Shown here piece by piece: positions 51,204-61,110 of a stretch of DNA of 64,000 bases. Source of the stretch: an uncultured Nitrospiraceae bacterium. GTDB lineage: Bacteria > Nitrospirota > Nitrospiria > Nitrospirales > Nitrospiraceae. Made by a program: the position numbers and the translations under genes. Every line of letters begins with the position of its first letter. Position 1 is the first letter of the stretch. The DNA is taken from contig CAVSTP010000004.1 in the NCBI GenBank assembly GCA_963730935.1, positions 1,440,001 to 1,504,000 on the forward strand. Direction: 5' to 3'. Under the pieces are notes generated by a model. The model did not search any database. It saw nothing but the letters and a program-made list of their open reading frames with translations, and was not told where the DNA came from.

Positions 51204-52276
51204 TTACGAGAGCTGAGCCGAAAGAGAGGGAGGAGCAGGAATGTCAGGAAAGACGCTTGGTTGCGGGGGATCCGTTCGGAAGCCGGCTCCGGCAGCTGCA
51301 TGAAAAATGCGGCGGGATTCGGTCTCCACGGCGGCCCTCAGACTAGTCAGGCCGAACGACACCGAACGCCGCTGCCGAAGCTTAAGACCCAGCCGACGAG
51401 CTCGCGGCTGTCGGCAACGGTCAGGGTCATAAGCATCCCGCCATTCTTCAAGGACGTGAGCTTCTGAGTGGGATGCCAGAGGCGGTCTTTCGCCCAGGCC
51501 GCGGTGGCCTTGTCGAACCGCAGGGCCACGTCGATTGGCCTCCCGCGCATGACGGTCAACGAGTCCCGCACGAACGCCTCCAGGTCGAAGCCAAGCGGCA
51601 TCTGGTAGGGGTGGTCGGTGAGTGTCACCGCGCGCATGCGCTCGACGGCAAACATGCGGGGTTCCTTTCGCTGGTGGCAATAACCGACCAGATAGAGCCC
51701 GCCCGAGGCATACCAGAGCCGGTAGGGATCGACTTCTCGGCGCGTCGTGCGTAGGCGCGACGCGGAATAGTAGCGCATCTGCACCGTTCGCTTCTTCGCG
51801 ATGGCCTGCGTGAGGCGGTCGATGGTTTCCCGATGCAGACGATAGGTCTTGTGCGGGCCTAAGCCAACGGCAAAGACGTTCTGCATCTGTTGCACGTAAT
51901 CGAGGGAATGCGGCGGCAGGAGCCGTGAAGCTTTGGCCATCGCCGATTCCAGTGCCGCCTGGATTTCGGTGCCGGCCAGCGGCTTGAGCAGCGATCGGCT
52001 GATCACGAGCGCCATCAACTCGGTCGGCGAAAACCCCAGCGCAGGCGCCTGACGGACGCCATCCATGAGACGCCAACGTACGCGGCCGTCGATGCGTTCG
52101 TTGATTAGCGGAAAGCCTGCCGATTCGAGCGCTTCCAAATCCCGCCGCACCGTCCGACCGTGCCGGGGATAATCGGCAGGCAACCGGCTGACGATTTCAT
52201 CGAGCGTGACGCCTCGCGGCGACTCCAGCAGTCGAAGCAAATGCCATTGGCGGGTAACCTGATCGTTCCGAGGCAT
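51204..52276 (-). CDS. HTH-WYL-WCX transcriptional regulator (PafBC/DriD-like); two 1-nt insertions near 51345-51362
   Basis: RTVRRDLEALESAGFP HTH, RREVDPYRL...LYLVGYC...RMFAVERM WYL, and WCX WHPTQ...ELVGWVLSFG. The corrected tail reads VRVVRPDSLRAAVETE. Confidence 0.93.
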
Positions 52277-52694
52277 AAGTGCTGAGACACTTACGCCCCC
52301 CGATGACCAAATGCAATCATTCGGAAGGAGGGGCGGAAGGAAGCGAACAGGTAATCGACGCTCCCAAGGCAAGCGGTGAATCGACGACGGGCAAGCTGTT
52401 GCCGAGACGCCTTGAAACTGGCTCGTAGGCGAGGCTCTATGCCCATAAAATAGGCAATGAGGTGCGGAGTTGCCACCTGAGAGGGTAAAAAGGCGCTTTT
52501 TTAATCATCCGCTCGTAGGCCGCCAACTGACCCTTTTAAGCCTTCCGGTCGCGTGCGACTACTACCTCTAATTTGCCGCCAGGGTCGCCACCAGTCGGCA
52601 ATCGCGCTTGTTTCCCTTATTCTCAGGTGCCTCTTGTTTACCCTTGCTCAGGCGCTTTATTGTGTACATGCAGGGGCCGCAGGGAAGAGTCGCG

Positions 52695-53225
52695 ATGAAC
52701 CGGATTCAGGTCAGCTTCCTCATTCTGCTCTACGGGACCCTCGCGTCCTGTGCGCACGCGCCGACGCCCCCGCCGGCACAGACGCCGCCGCCAGGCCACG
52801 CGTCGATCGGCGACTTTATGGATTACGTCTTGGAGCCGCTCGCCTTGCGGGTCGCGGATGAGAAGATCAGCGAAGCCAGTGCCGGCCTCAAACTGGCGCG
52901 GACGCCGAAAGGCGCCGTGCAGAGCGTCGCCAGCCTACTGCAGGATGTTCCGTGGGTCGGACCGCTGCTCAACTTTTCGACGGTGTCCCAGAAGGCCCGC
53001 CTTGAAGAGGATTTAGCGTGGCTCGAGACGCGGCGCATCCCGTTAAAACGAGAGTTATTGGATGTGTTCGTGTCGCGGACGGCTCACGCGGACGACACGT
53101 TCACGGTCTGCATTGACCGCGTCGAGCGCCGGTATCAAGCGCTGGATATCAACCGCTTCACCCGCCTACCTGACGGCCCCGGTCCCTGCGAACCGTTGCA
53201 GTTCAGTAGCCTGAAGAAAGCTTGA
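52695..53225 (+). CDS. Lipoprotein, hypothetical
   Basis: LASC lipobox and Pro-rich linker. Confidence 0.7.
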   Translation: MNRIQVSFLILLYGTLASCAHAPTPPPAQTPPPGHASIGDFMDYVLEPLALRVADEKISEASAGLKLARTPKGAVQSVASLLQDVPWVGPLLNFSTVSQKARLEEDLAWLETRRIPLKRELLDVFVSRTAHADDTFTVCIDRVERRYQALDINRFTRLPDGPGPCEPLQFSSLKKA

Positions 53226-53319
53226 GCCTCACAATTTTCGGGTCTCGTCAGCGAAACGCGAAGGTATCCCTCTCCGTTCTTAGCTTTGCGCCTGAAGTGC
53301 CGGCCCGTCGATGGCGAGC

Positions 53320-53680
53320 ACCCAAATGGTCCCTCCAAGCTCGCTCGTTTCACTCCTTTAGTGTTCCAGTCATGCTCATCGATGCTATCAATGCATCTCG
53401 CGTTTGTTTATACCTCTGACAAAGAGTTGTCAGTTGCGGGTGGCGTCGACCTGGGCGCCTATCTCACCCGCCCACCCAACCGCGCCAAGACGCGGTTTTC
53501 ACCAAGCGGCCGCAGCGTTCCCGAGAATCTCGCTCTAGCTCGTCATTCTTTTCAGGGGTGGCCCGCTTAGCCTCAAACGTGCGCGCGTGAAGGAGCACCG
53601 CCTAGCTGAACATACGATTGGTCTGGTGTGCCGCCTTCCGCGAGCACAAGGAGGCTAACGGGCCGCCCTGCCTCTTTACC
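53320..53680 (+). repeat. Modular repeat (core plus C and B fragments)
   Basis: AAATGGTCCCTCCAAGCTCGCTCGTTT, TCTCACCCGCCCA and CAAACGTGCGCGCG..GGAGCACCGCCT...ATACGATTGGTCTGGTGTGC. Confidence 0.8.
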
Positions 53681-53735
53681 CTACACCGGGCGGGGTGCCA
53701 AGCCGGACGGGCTGGTTGGCGACAGGACCCGCAAA

Positions 53736-55792
53736 TTAGCTTTTCGCCTGAAGTGCAGGTCCATCGATCGAGAGCGTGATATGGAACGCCGTCCCCTCCC
53801 CTTCCTTGCTTTCCACCGCAATCGTCCCTCCATGCGCATCCACGACATCTTTCACAATCTTCGTGCCGAGTCCCGTGCCCCCGACCTTTCGGCTGATCGC
53901 CTTGTACGAGAAGAGACTGTCGCGGACTTCCGGTGACATGCCCTTTCCCGTGTCAATCACCGACAGCACCACGTGCTTGCCCGATTCGTCCAGGCGGCCC
54001 CGAACCGTGACCGATCCACCCGCCGGAACCTCCGGGATCGCATTGTTGACCAGGTTATAGATGCATTAAACAGCCGGCTTTCATCAGCCCGGATGACCGG
54101 CAGCGTGTCGAGTCCCTCTTCGCGGAGCGCCACCTTACCTTCATCGGCCAGGATGCGAAGGGTCTGGTACACGTTCGACACGACGTCGGCCAGGCGGCAG
54201 GGCGCAAACTGCGGAGGCCGCGTCAGGCCTTTGACCGAATCGGCGATCTCTTTGACCCGGTCGTTGATGCGCCGCGAGTTTTGCTTGATCATTTCGGTTA
54301 GTTCATGGGTTCTCTCGCGCGCGGGCTTGGCGGCTGTCACTATTGACTCAGGCAATTTTGAAAAACCTTCGCTCAGTTCCTCTTCGAGCAACTCGGCGCC
54401 GCCCGTAATGGGCATGAGCAAATTCTTGAGGTCGTGCCCGATGTCTCCCAAGACCCGCGCCACTTCGCCGAGCCGTTGCTCCTCAACAAGGCGGGCTTCG
54501 GTTTGCCGGAGCTCTTCTTCCGTCCGCTTGCGATCGACGAACAGGCCGACTTTGATCCCGATATCCGCGACCATATCGAGCACATCCTGATCCGGCTCGC
54601 GGCTCTGCCGGCTGAAAAATTCCATGACGCCATACAGCTGCTCGCCTTTGCACACGGGAAAGGCAATCCCTCCCCGGAGGCCGACTGTCGTGGCAATCTC
54701 CGTGCGGCGGAACGTCGGATCGGCACAGACATCCGGGATCCAGATCGGCTTGCCGGTGGCCCAGACGCGGCCGATGAGTCCTTCCCCCCGTTGAAAGGTC
54801 CGGTCCCGGCTGTCGTCGACGAACCCGCCGGCTTCCACGTGCGGCGCATGCCACAGGGCGACAAAGCGGAGGGCTTGTATCTGTTCATCCCTACTCCAGA
54901 ACATACCCAGCTCCCACTCGAGGCTCTCCCCGAGGGCACGCAAGACTGCCTGAGCCGCATCTTTCAGGGTCGCCGACTCGGCCAGGGCCCTGGTCACCGC
55001 GTATTCCGAGGCCAGACGCCGTCCCGACCGCTTGATCACGGCCAGCGCTGCCCGTGTGTCGCCCACCATCCGCACGTAACCACGGCTCACATAGATCAAC
55101 GCGAGCACGTACGCGATGAGTCGAACGAGATGCCACACCCACCAGGCACTGTCCCAGGGTGCGGAAAACAGGAACATCACTTCGGCCAATCCGAAGAGCA
55201 ATCCCAGCGTCGCGAGCAGCTGATGTTCCGCCCTGCCGGTCCGGCCGGCCTCGAGCCAAAACCCCGCCGCACCGGCAAGGAACAAGACGGCTGCGAATCC
55301 ATTGACCGCGAGCGCAACGGGCGCAAATTGCTCCTGCGTTGTGAATCGTGGCAGTTGATAGGGAGCGACGACGACGAACAATCCGAAGGCCATCGTCCCG
55401 CATGTGACCAGGTAAGGAATGAGGTCCCTGGTCCGCCTCCCGAGCATCCCCGGCGGATGCCACACGAACGAGAAGGCCACGCCGCCCAGTAGACTCGCCG
55501 CGCTGCGCAAGAGCACGAAGCCCTGGTCCGAAGAGGAGACGGCGTGGAACCCTTCCAGGATCCCCATGCCCAGCAGCCCGCTCGCCAGCCCCTGGAGCCT
55601 CTCATCTTCCCACTCCGCTTTCCGTGCGAGTAACACGAGGCCCATCAGGACTGCCGCCAACCCGCCCAGGGCTTCCACCGTCGAATGAAGAGGTACGTGA
55701 ATCGAGATCTGGTGCGGCCAGAGGAAGTGAACGAGCAGACCGGAGAGCAGCGCGGCGGCGACCATACCGATCGGAATGAGAGCTCGAGCCAT
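53736..55792 (-). CDS. Membrane sensor histidine kinase (multi-TM + GAF + HisKA + HATPase); frameshift near 54061
   Basis: About 8 TMs, GAF GEGLIGRVW.TGKPIW, GHDLKN, DTGKGM and GGTGLGT. Confidence 0.88.
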
Positions 55793-55854
55793 AGCACGCC
55801 CCGCGACAGGATAGGCGAGGACATTACGATGGGGGGGAACCAAGGGTCAAGCGG

Positions 55855-56370
55855 AGGGGCTAGCGAAGACGGTGTCTCCCTGCTCCGAGCTTCGGCTCGA
55901 CCACACTACGCTAAGGTGAAGGCGAATGATCGCCTCTGCTCAGCGATGGGTGAGACCGCAGGGCGCTATCACTGCTTGGCTCCGCAACTTGTTCCGTCCT
56001 TGACTTCGTCAGAACGGAACTTCGAACAGTGCGTCTCGCCATCGCCACCTGGGAAAAGGGCGCGTCCCGGGTAAACGATTGCAAAGCAATCGGTGGGTCG
56101 GTGGGTGAAAAGGATTGCCCAGGGTTGGGCGGGTGAGAATGGCGATCGCAGCGACAGGCCCTGCACCCATCGCAAGTCGCCGGAGTCGACCAATTCCCCT
56201 TCTCGGGAAGGGAATGAGCAAGCTTGGAACGACCATTCGAGCCTGCAGCAAGTCGCGGCTAAGACACCGTCTCCGCCATCGTTTGAGAAGAATAAGGCAG
56301 TCCTCATAAGCCGAGGCAAGGGACTATCCACCTCGTGAGCAGAGGAAACAAGCGAGCTTGGAAGGATTGT
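55855..56370 (+). repeat. Modular repeat D + A (with embedded C) + core + D fragment + core
   Basis: Segments match 5095 (rc), 38485-38690 (rc) and 8540. Cores at 56214 and 56346. Confidence 0.88.
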
Positions 56371-56832
56371 TTATAAGGTGTGCCGCTTCAATTGCTTGAC
56401 GAGGTAGAGGACGATGACCAGGTTGACGACGAGGAGGATGATCCTCGGCAACGTCACCCGCTCGATGAGCTCATAGACTTCGATCGGCACGAGCGCGCTG
56501 GTCGAGACCACCGTCAGATAGGCCGCCCACGATACTTCCAGCCACAAGCCGATTCCTTCCGCCAGCAACAGCACGGCATAGCCGAGGCTGAGCAATCCCG
56601 CCATTAGCACGCTATGAGGCTTGAGCGCATCGACCTTAAGCACCAGCGCATGCATCAGGCGGGTGTCGGCATTGATGTGGAGGAACTCAAGAAGCCGCGA
56701 AAACAAGCTCGCAATGTCGGCGTGCATCAATTCGAGCAGCCCGAACCCGACGAGCAGCAACAGTCCTCCCTTAAACAGCTTGAACACCGCGATGGCGGCC
56801 ATCCCGGTATGGTGCCGGCTCGCACGTTCCAT
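56371..56832 (-). CDS. DUF2127 family membrane protein
   Basis: AIAVFKLFKG...EGIGLW...WAAYLTVVST...PIEVYEL...VNLVIVLYL. Confidence 0.88.
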   Translation of the reverse strand: MERASRHHTGMAAIAVFKLFKGGLLLLVGFGLLELMHADIASLFSRLLEFLHINADTRLMHALVLKVDALKPHSVLMAGLLSLGYAVLLLAEGIGLWLEVSWAAYLTVVSTSALVPIEVYELIERVTLPRIILLVVNLVIVLYLVKQLKRHTL

Positions 56833-57129
56833 GACGGGATCTCTATCATAAATGCTGGCCCCATCGCGCGATTCAACAGCCAAGGTCCAATTAAGTTGGC
56901 GCCGAACTGTCGGCACGCTGCCGATATGACGACGGGATCCCTTCGTCACCCGGGTCTCCCCCCGCCATAAAAATCAGGTGGTTTTCACCAATAACGCGTT
57001 TGCTTTTACCGACTTAGGTTACCGGTCGAGGAGCGTCAGTCGCTTGGCACGCTCTCTGCGATAGTCCAGAGACAACTGGGTGAAGCAGAAGGATAAGGGG
57101 TTCAAGGTCCGAGAAGAGGAGCTGTCATC

Positions 57130-57219
57130 ATGGCGTCTTGGTTAACAATCATTTTCGCTTACGTCATCATCGTCGTGGGAATTTTCAACATCGTTGTGTC
57201 TGACTACCTTCTGTTTTGA
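57130..57219 (+). CDS. 29-aa single-TM peptide (not in ORF track)
   Basis: My translation MASWLTIIFAYVIIVVGIFNIVVSDYLLF*, with a GAGGAG RBS. Confidence 0.5.
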   Translation: MASWLTIIFAYVIIVVGIFNIVVSDYLLF

Positions 57220-57302
57220 CAATCAGGAGTGGCATTGCAGCCTAAGTCTCGTGTGCGATTTAGGGATCTGAGACAATTTCATGCACTGAGGAGGGAGACC
57301 AG

Positions 57303-57506
57303 ATGAGACAAATGATTTTGACTTTCTTCATGGTGATCGCCGTCGGAGCTTTCGCAATCGCCGAAGGTCGGGGTCCGAATGCCCAGACGCATCAGCAGAA
57401 GGAGACGCGCCAGCAGAATGAGGGTTGTCAGCTAATTCCCAATGGGGACCTGAACAAACAAAAGACCGAGCGAGATAGTTCAACTATGAAAGGATTGGTG
57501 TTTTGA
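57303..57506 (+). CDS. Small exported protein
   Basis: GGAGGGAG RBS and signal peptide. Confidence 0.6.
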   Translation: MRQMILTFFMVIAVGAFAIAEGRGPNAQTHQQKETRQQNEGCQLIPNGDLNKQKTERDSSTMKGLVF

Positions 57507-57665
57507 GATGGATAGGCCTTGCTGCTCAGGCGATGAGTGGAACCGCAGCGCGGTGTCACTGCTTGGCTCCAGGCAGCGGCGGGCCGTGCGCGGTTTCATG
57601 ACTCGCTGAAGCAGTGGTTATACGTCCAGCTGTTTACCTTCCGTGAGCACAAGAGACCACGGGGC
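57507..57665. repeat. Repeat fragments (head-to-head module A ends plus B fragment)
   Basis: GCTCAGGCGATGAGTGGAACCGCAG...CTGCTTGGCTCC followed by GCGGTTTCATGACTCGCTGAAGC. Confidence 0.7.
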
Positions 57666-57680
57666 GACCGCACTATCTTG

Positions 57681-58160
57681 CTATTTGAAATACCGTTCCA
57701 GCACTTGCGATTCCACGTCAGTGCGCTTCTGCTCGATCTTTCGCCTGTTGCTTCTCAATTCCTCTATGGTTTTCATGTATTGCGCCCGTCGCTCCGACCA
57801 TTGGTCCCCGATGGCGGCCCTGTCCTGCGGAGCCGCCTGGGCCTGCTGAATGGAGTCCAGCGAGGACACGAGATTATCGCGTTGGAGCATCCATTGGTGA
57901 AGGTGAAGTTCCCAACTTGCGAGATCTAACCCCTGCAGCTCTTGCACTCGCGGATCGGAGTCGATCGGCATCTGTTTGAGGTCGGCGATGTGGTGCTGGA
58001 GTTCTTCGATATTCCCGTTCAGCTCGATCACTCCCTGGTGCAGCATGGTGATGACCGTATCAGGCTTTGGTCCGCGTGTTTCTTTCACGACGGCCCCGCC
58101 GTCGCAGGCAGTGGCGGTCAACAAGACCAGACTAACGATCATTGCGTGGTGAGTCTTCAT
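57681..58160 (-). CDS. Lipoprotein, coiled-coil
   Basis: ATAC lipobox and GAGGAGG RBS. Confidence 0.75.
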   Translation of the reverse strand: MKTHHAMIVSLVLLTATACDGGAVVKETRGPKPDTVITMLHQGVIELNGNIEELQHHIADLKQMPIDSDPRVQELQGLDLASWELHLHQWMLQRDNLVSSLDSIQQAQAAPQDRAAIGDQWSERRAQYMKTIEELRSNRRKIEQKRTDVESQVLERYFK

Positions 58161-58199
58161 CCTCCCCTCCTCTGAACTGACTGCCATCTGCGATCCACG

Positions 58200-58694
58200 T
58201 CAACTGTAGTGAATTGCCGTGCCTTTTAAGGTCGTGATGTGCACCGAGTACTGCACCGGGACTGCTCGTTGATAGCCCCACGAGGGTCCCCATGGTCCGT
58301 AGCGATAGCCCCACGGTCCCCAATAGCCATACGGGCCGGGACCATAATAAGACGGCGCATAGTATCCCCATGGGCTATAGGCGGGCTGATACGCCACGCG
58401 TTGCTCAACGTGTGTGATCGGCGTCGAGAACACGACCGCATCGGCTCCAAGCTCAGCTGCCTTCTTGAGAAGATGTCGTTGGAGCTTGTTGAGATTGTCC
58501 GATGACGATGTTTCGCTCAGTTCGGCGATCTTGTCATATTGGTGGCCGGGAAACTGACTGAGGATGGCGACGTCCTCCATCTCGCGAGCAGGAAACGTCT
58601 CGGAGGTCAGCCGAAGGACTTGGACCTGAGAGCATCCGGCGCTCCACCCGAGAAGCAGACCCATGGCGACGACCAACATGCGAGGACTCATCAT
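58200..58694 (-). CDS. Lipoprotein (YbjQ-like core, YGPW/G low-complexity insert)
   Basis: SAGC lipobox, LLKKAAELGADAVV and terminal KGTAIHY. Confidence 0.75.
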   Translation of the reverse strand: MMSPRMLVVAMGLLLGWSAGCSQVQVLRLTSETFPAREMEDVAILSQFPGHQYDKIAELSETSSSDNLNKLQRHLLKKAAELGADAVVFSTPITHVEQRVAYQPAYSPWGYYAPSYYGPGPYGYWGPWGYRYGPWGPSWGYQRAVPVQYSVHITTLKGTAIHYS

Positions 58695-58724
58695 GACATC
58701 CTAACCTGTCCTCCGCCGCGAAGT

Positions 58725-59070
58725 CTGTAGGTGCCCGACGCGGGGCGCATAGTGCGATGATGAAAGAGACACCTCGCTCGCTCGTTTCTCTCCGCAGGGC
58801 GAGAGCTGATTGATCTCCCACGGCTCGCTTCGACGAGCCATATAATGCTCCCTCCAAGCTCGCTCGCATTTCCTTCCCACAGCGAGGTGGATGGTGGGCT
58901 AACGCGCCCTGTGATGCTCCTTCCAAGCTTGCTCGTTTCTCTCTTCAGGGCGAGGGCTGATTGATCTCCCACTGCGCGCTTGGACGAGCACCGACTTTCT
59001 CACAATACGATTGATCTGGCGTGCGCGTTCGGCGAGCAAGGGAGATCAACAGCCCTAACGCCCCTCGTTC
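58725..59070. repeat. Modular repeat: cores and module B in mixed orientation
   Basis: Cores at 58843 and 58913. AGGGCGAG.GCTGATTGATCTCCCAC is duplicated. GTGCGCGTTCGGCGAGCAAG matches 5048. Confidence 0.85.
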
Positions 59071-59139
59071 TACTGGGGACAAACCCAGCCGGTATTTTTT
59101 CCGCAGAGAATATAATGAGGGATGAGCGGAAGCTTGTCG

Positions 59140-59829
59140 ATGACGGGTATCGCCCTAGTCACGGGAGCCAATAAAGGCATCGGTCTGGAGGTCGTTCGAC
59201 AGTTGGCGACGCTCGGATGGCGCGTGTTTCTGACCGGACGCTCGCTGGCCTCGGTGCGGAAAGCGGCCTCCCCGCTTGGCCCCTCGGTCATCCCGGCCCC
59301 CCTCGACATCACCAGCAAGATCAGCGTCGAAGCCGCTTTTCATGTCGCCTCGCAGGCTGTGGATCATCTCGACGTCCTGATCAACAATGCCGGGATTCTG
59401 GACCACGACGAAGGGTCAATTTTCGAATTGCAGGCCGAGCGGCTCCGGCGAATGTTCGAAACGAATACGATTGGAGCGCTGCTCGTGAGCCAAACGTTCT
59501 TGCCGCTGCTTCGCAAGAGTCAGTCCGGCCGGATCATCAACGTTTCGACCGGAGCCGCTCAACTTTCCGACATGGGCACCTGGGCGCCGGCCTACAGCAT
59601 TTCCAAGACGGCGCTCAACGGCGTGACCGGCCAATTCGCGGCCGCACTGGCAGACTCGAACATCGCGGTCAACTCCGTCTGCCCCGGCTGGGTCAAGACC
59701 GACATGGGAGGACGCGACGCGACGCGTTCGGTCGAACAAGGCGCAGACACGATCGTGTGGCTCGCGACCGAGGCGCCGCAGTCCATGACCGGCTTGTTCA
59801 TCAGCGACCGCAAACCCATCCCCTGGTAG
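59140..59829 (+). CDS. Short-chain dehydrogenase/reductase (carbonyl reductase-like)
   Basis: TGANKGIG, INNAG, YSISK and CPGWVKTDMGG. Confidence 0.93.
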   Translation: MTGIALVTGANKGIGLEVVRQLATLGWRVFLTGRSLASVRKAASPLGPSVIPAPLDITSKISVEAAFHVASQAVDHLDVLINNAGILDHDEGSIFELQAERLRRMFETNTIGALLVSQTFLPLLRKSQSGRIINVSTGAAQLSDMGTWAPAYSISKTALNGVTGQFAAALADSNIAVNSVCPGWVKTDMGGRDATRSVEQGADTIVWLATEAPQSMTGLFISDRKPIPW

Positions 59830-59832
59830 TGT

Positions 59833-60105
59833 GGGAGGTGGACGGGCGCCCCTGGTCAGCGATGGATAAGACCGCATGGCCCTGTCGCTGCTTGGCTCCG
59901 CAAACTTGGTCCGTACCGGGCTTCGCCCGCACGGACCTTCGAACACTGCGTCTCGCCATCGCCGCCGGGGAAAAGGGCGCGTCCCGGCGCGCCCGGGGTT
60001 GGGCGGGTGAGAATGGCGATCGCAGTGACAGCGCGCTGCTCCCCTCGCAAGTCGCAGGAGGCGACCGTCCCCCTCCTGTTGAAATGAAGCGAGCGAGCTT
60101 GGACC
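59833..60105 (+). repeat. Modular repeat, module A (with C fragment) plus core
   Basis: GCTTGGCTCCGCAAACTTGGTCCGT...GGACCTTCGAACACTGCGTCTCGCCATCGCC...GGGTTGGGCGGGTGAGAATGGCGATCGCAG...GCGAGCGAGCTTGGA. Confidence 0.88.
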
Positions 60106-60147
60106 AGATTAAGCCGAAGCGCGGTCTCAGCGGAGTAGAAGGGCCGT

Positions 60148-61065
60148 ATGAATGTCGTCGTGATCGGAGGGACAGGATTCATTGGACGAGCCTTATGTAT
60201 GTTCTTGTCTCAAAAGAGCCATCGGGTGACGGTCCTCACGAGACAGGGCCGAAGCGCTTCACGGCTGTTTGGCTCTTCAGTCACGACGGTTGAGTGGAAT
60301 GGTCATGATCCAGGCGTCTGGGAGGAGAGTCTTGAAGGCACTGATGCGGTGATAAACCTGGCAGGGGCGCCGATTGCCGATGCACGCTGGACCGATGCGC
60401 GGAAACGACTCCTAACCGATAGCCGAGTGCACCTCACGCGACGTCTGGTTGAGGCGATATCGCATCGGGCTGCAAAACCGACCGTCCTCATCAGTGCCTC
60501 CGGCATCGGATACTACGGCGCAAGCGATGATCGCGTGTTAAACGAAGCGGCACCCCCGGGTCAGGGATTTCTTGCCGACCTCTGTATCGCATGGGAAGAG
60601 GAAGCGCGACGGGCGGCGGAGTTCGGCACTCGCGTCGTGGTGTTACGCTCCGGAATGGTACTCGAACGAGACGGCGGCGCGTTGCCGAAGATGCTTCTCC
60701 CATTTCGTTTGTATGTGGGCGGCCCGATCATGCCGGGGACACAGTGGGTATCGTGGATTCATAGGAGGGATCACCTCGGACTGATCGAGTGGGCATTGAC
60801 GACGCCGACTGTCTCGGGCCCCATTAACGCGGTCGCGCCAGAGCCGGAGAAGATGCAGGCGTTTTGCGCGATACTCGGACGTGTGCTTCGTCGGCCTTCC
60901 TGGATTCCAGTACCCGAAACGGTTTTATCCCTCGCACTCGGTGAGTTGGGCACGGTCATGACGACCGGTCAACGAGTGAGCCCTCAGAAGGCGCTCGCGG
61001 GTGGATACGTCTTTCAGTATCCGGCGCTCGAGACGGCCTTACAAGCCGTCCTCAAAAGGGCATAA
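60148..61065 (+). CDS. TIGR01777-family NAD-dependent epimerase (YfcH-like)
   Basis: GGTGFIG, INLAG..IADARWT, SASGIGYYG, WEEEA, SWIH and GQRVSP. Confidence 0.92.
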   Translation: MNVVVIGGTGFIGRALCMFLSQKSHRVTVLTRQGRSASRLFGSSVTTVEWNGHDPGVWEESLEGTDAVINLAGAPIADARWTDARKRLLTDSRVHLTRRLVEAISHRAAKPTVLISASGIGYYGASDDRVLNEAAPPGQGFLADLCIAWEEEARRAAEFGTRVVVLRSGMVLERDGGALPKMLLPFRLYVGGPIMPGTQWVSWIHRRDHLGLIEWALTTPTVSGPINAVAPEPEKMQAFCAILGRVLRRPSWIPVPETVLSLALGELGTVMTTGQRVSPQKALAGGYVFQYPALETALQAVLKRA

Positions 61066-61110
61066 AAGCACTTCTCCTGCTCATTTCCCAGCAAGGGCGG
61101 CTAAAAAAGA

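Noticed and set aside
3031..55492. Long antisense or alternate-frame ORFs (for example 3031..3699, 4138..5199, 11798..12658, 12672..13559, 16916..18157, 37373..38401, 54434..55492)
   Set aside because: They are shadow ORFs of well-supported genes in GC-rich DNA and have no recognisable motifs.
4764..60182. ORFs such as 4764..5270, 8369..8776, 27502..28200, 38461..38904, 55969..56331 and 59856..60182 sharing GDGETxCSK or RASLEG peptides
   Set aside because: These are translations of the non-coding repeat modules. Frames and stops are not conserved between copies.
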